From NCBI GenBank assembly GCA_026936335.1, contig JAPMXV010000044.1, forward strand, positions 310,001 to 374,000: DNA of 64,000 nt. Reading direction: 5' to 3'. Source of the stretch: Mantamonas sphyraenae STR306. Its lineage: Eukaryota; Protista; CRuMs. The notes below the pieces were generated by a model. That model was not told the origin of the DNA. It did not search any database and saw only the letters and a list, made by a program, of their open reading frames with translations. The position numbers and the translations under genes are program-made. Of the stretch, positions 61,230-64,000 are shown in pieces; the first letter of the stretch is position 1, and every line of letters starts with the position of its first letter.

Positions 61230-62554
61230 ATGAGTGACTTTAGCCAAGAAGAGGCCGTGGAGATGCTGGAGCAGCAGATCACGCTCACGCTCCAGCAGAT
61301 CGACACCAACTTCCAGCACGGCTTTGAGAGCAGCACCCGTCTGCTGGCCAAGGTCAAGACCTTCCAGACACACACGGCCGATGTGCATGCCAACTTGCAG
61401 GTGAGTGATGAGTGTGTGTGGACGATGTGTGTGCGTGTGTGTGTGTGGGGCTGCTCGACAGGTTGCCGTTGGCTGAAAAGGCGGCGGACGACGGATTTTT
61501 GGCGCCACGGCACAAGTTCGGCCCCGTGGAGGGCAATGGAGACTTGTGTCGTATGGGCTTGGTGTCTGCTGAGCGGGGGGCACGGAGGGAGATGGGAGGG
61601 AGCAGTGGGGTGGGTGGAGATACGCTTGTGAGGATGGGTTGCGAAGGCAGAGTGGGAGCGGGGTTGGGTCAAACGCCACTGACACGGATGGGTTGCCACG
61701 TGCAGATCTGGAACCAGTTCTTCAACAGCTTCCACACAGTGGGTGTGTCGGATGAGCTGCAACAGCGTCTGTATCAGGCTCAGCAGACCCAGCAAGCACA
61801 GGACCTCAGTTTGTTGGCAAGCACACAGGTCCAGGCAACCACCACCAACGCCACCACCACGACCCCAGCCACACACAACGGACCCATCTCCAACACCTCC
61901 AACACCATCGATGATGGGAACAACAACACCAAGCAGAACGAAGAGGAGGACAACGACGACAAAGACCTCAGCTCGCCTGCTCTGTCCACTCCCACCCTGG
62001 GCAGTGAACCACGCACCACTCCCTTCACCCGAGTGCCTGGGTTCCACAGCGGCGTCAAGGCCGGTGCTGCCAGTCCCTTTACCCCCGGCACAAACGTCCA
62101 ACGACACATGCGCTTCAGCATCGGCACCATGCGTGCTGTTGAAGACGACGACGACGAGGACGATGATGACGAGGACGATGACACGGGCGATGACCATGGC
62201 CACGATGTCCATGTGGAGGACCAGGAGAACGCCCCTGTGAGTGGCAACACACAATCCAGCTCAGCCAACAACGTGGTCGCCAAGGACAACAACAGCCAAG
62301 CTGCAGCCAAGAAGTTTGATCTGAGTGTGTTTCCCACTGTGTTTCAGGAGGGTGTGGGTGCCTTGCAACTCACCGAGGTGTACAGCCAGTTTGTGGGTGA
62401 CAAGGTGATGTCCATTGGCGACGTGCAGGGCTTGGTGGACGGCACTCTTGACGACGACCGTGTGCTGCTGCTTCTGGATGCCCTTGAGACGCGTGGTTAC
62501 CTTCGTCAGCTGTTTGCCAACGGTGAAATCTATTGGCAGCGATGCAATGAATGA
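61230..62554 (+). CDS. ASK1: DASH/Dam1 kinetochore complex subunit Ask1
   Basis: EMLEQQITLTLQQIDTNF...|IWNQFF matches the Ask1 consensus (LEQ.ITL.LQEID.NF...W..FF); phase-0 intron 61401-61705. Confidence 0.8.
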
Positions 62555-62568
62555 CGCGCGCGGTTTCA

Positions 62569-64000
62569 TCACTCTTCCTCACTCTGATCACTGACCCTCC
62601 GCTCCACACGTTGACGTGGCTTCTCCGGGCTGCTGTTCTGCTGCGACACATTGGCGTCACTGTTGCTCTTTGATTCCGCAAATGCACGGCTCCAAGCCTT
62701 GTCCACGCGGTCTTTGCGCTCCATGAGTGCCGTTTGCATCTCCATGTCACGCAGGGCTGGCGGTGCACGGATGTACACGAGAATTACGGGTGTCACAATG
62801 AACCCAAACCACATGCCCAGGAACACAGACATTGTGAGGACCACAAAGATGCCAAAGACGACGCCGCGTGTGAGGAAGATCAAGATGCCCAGCAGCGCAG
62901 TGCTCACAAACCCATTGACCACTGCGGGCCCCATCTCCGCATATGCGTTCTGCATACGCTCCAGTGGCTTTCCTGGAGTGACAAAGAATTCGTGGACCAT
63001 GTGACAGCAAAAGTCCACCGCAATGCCCACGGACATGTACAGAGCCAGGGCGGAGCTTACATCCAGCGGGACGTTGAAGAAGCCGATGAGTCCCGCAGAA
63101 AGAGAAAAGGAGAAGCCAATGCTGACAAAGACAAACAACGCACCCAGTGGGTTGATCAGAAGCAGACAGGAGATGAGCACAGAGAACAGCTGGCCCAGCA
63201 ACACCGCGGTGCGCAGTTGGTCCCACAGCAGCACCGTCACCTCTCTCACGTACATGTCCGCAGCAAACACGCCCACTTGCGTGTTCCCATTGTCGTACTC
63301 AGCGACAATGCCACGGATTTTCCGGAAGAGTGCAATCACCTCGTGGACCACCGGCGATATCTTCACCTGCAGGGTCTCCTGGACAGCCACCAGTTGCCTT
63401 CTGGTTGCATCCTTGAAGCGGACGGTGCGCACGATCCAAGGGTACCGTGTGGAGGTGAGCATGGCGTCCAGCACGGTGTAAAAATCGTCGCGGCTTGCTG
63501 GGAGACCCGTGCTGGACAGCAGAGAGATGTTGTTCAGGGACTGGATGCCATGTTGTGATCGAAGAAAGATACGCATGTGGTTCAGGAGATGGATGGGTGT
63601 CGCTGCGGCCAGTGGGGTAAGTTTGGCCATCATCGCGTCGACCAACAGCTGTTGGGCTGGATCATGCAACTGTTCAGCCATGCGCCCGTCGTAGGTAATG
63701 TACACATCCTCTTCGGTCCCAGCAAAGAGGGTCTGGGTCTGTCTGTAGTAGACGCCGGGCGATTGGTTGCCGATGAACCATTCGTGCTGCGATGAGGCGC
63801 CGGGTTGAACATCATGCAGCCCCACAACTGCCACTGCAATGATGCCCATGGAGATGAGCATGACAATGACGTGTGTGACTTTGCTCCGCATGACGCGGAA
63901 AAATGGACCGGCGAGAAATGTGCGCAGGAGGGTGCTGGAGCGTTGCTGCAGGAACTTGCGTGCTGCCTCACGCTGCTGTGCCGCCTGAAATTGGTTGTAG
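62569..64000 (-). CDS. Patched/NPC1-like RND multi-TM protein (C-terminal part; continues beyond the window)
   Basis: TM cluster with SVGIAVDFCCHM (GxxVD) and MGPAVVNG. Confidence 0.8.
   Translation of the reverse strand, partial: YNQFQAAQQREAARKFLQQRSSTLLRTFLAGPFFRVMRSKVTHVIVMLISMGIIAVAVVGLHDVQPGASSQHEWFIGNQSPGVYYRQTQTLFAGTEEDVYITYDGRMAEQLHDPAQQLLVDAMMAKLTPLAAATPIHLLNHMRIFLRSQHGIQSLNNISLLSSTGLPASRDDFYTVLDAMLTSTRYPWIVRTVRFKDATRRQLVAVQETLQVKISPVVHEVIALFRKIRGIVAEYDNGNTQVGVFAADMYVREVTVLLWDQLRTAVLLGQLFSVLISCLLLINPLGALFVFVSIGFSFSLSAGLIGFFNVPLDVSSALALYMSVGIAVDFCCHMVHEFFVTPGKPLERMQNAYAEMGPAVVNGFVSTALLGILIFLTRGVVFGIFVVLTMSVFLGMWFGFIVTPVILVYIRAPPALRDMEMQTALMERKDRVDKAWSRAFAESKSNSDANVSQQNSSPEKPRQRVERRVSDQSEEE

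Overview
Gene-dense, high-GC eukaryotic DNA, most likely a protist. It has spliceosomal GT-AG introns that often carry (CA)n/(TG)n tracts, and very short intergenic gaps. About 25 host genes are recognisable: PIG3-like quinone reductase, RPC3, DDX3, COG0523/ZNG1, a PLP aminotransferase, a RING-H2 E3, SUMF1, WASH1, RNF121, a CX9C protein, CARMIL-like, HMGCL, NAA15, an S10 carboxypeptidase, DDX20-like, GCLC, kinesin-14, ALKBH8-like, a SET protein, DASH Ask1 and a partial Patched/NPC1-like gene. The standout is an ~8.4 kb mobile cassette (about 7520-15877) between the quinone reductase and RPC3. It is flanked by an exact 10-bp direct repeat (TTGAATGATG). It encodes a DD34E Tc1/IS630 transposase with a strikingly Pax-like paired domain. 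It also encodes an intron-containing giant Fanzor (~1619 aa; eukaryotic TnpB-like RNA-guided nuclease) whose N-terminus carries FEN1/XPG/PIN-like nuclease motifs. A compact multi-hairpin candidate omegaRNA follows the Fanzor stop. The window also holds a near-perfect 833-bp duplication flanking a 1.6-kb orphan insert, a 90-bp dispersed repeat and a strand-skew domain. Several frameshifts at homopolymers and microsatellites look like assembly errors. All family calls are by-eye motif recognition; no searches were run.
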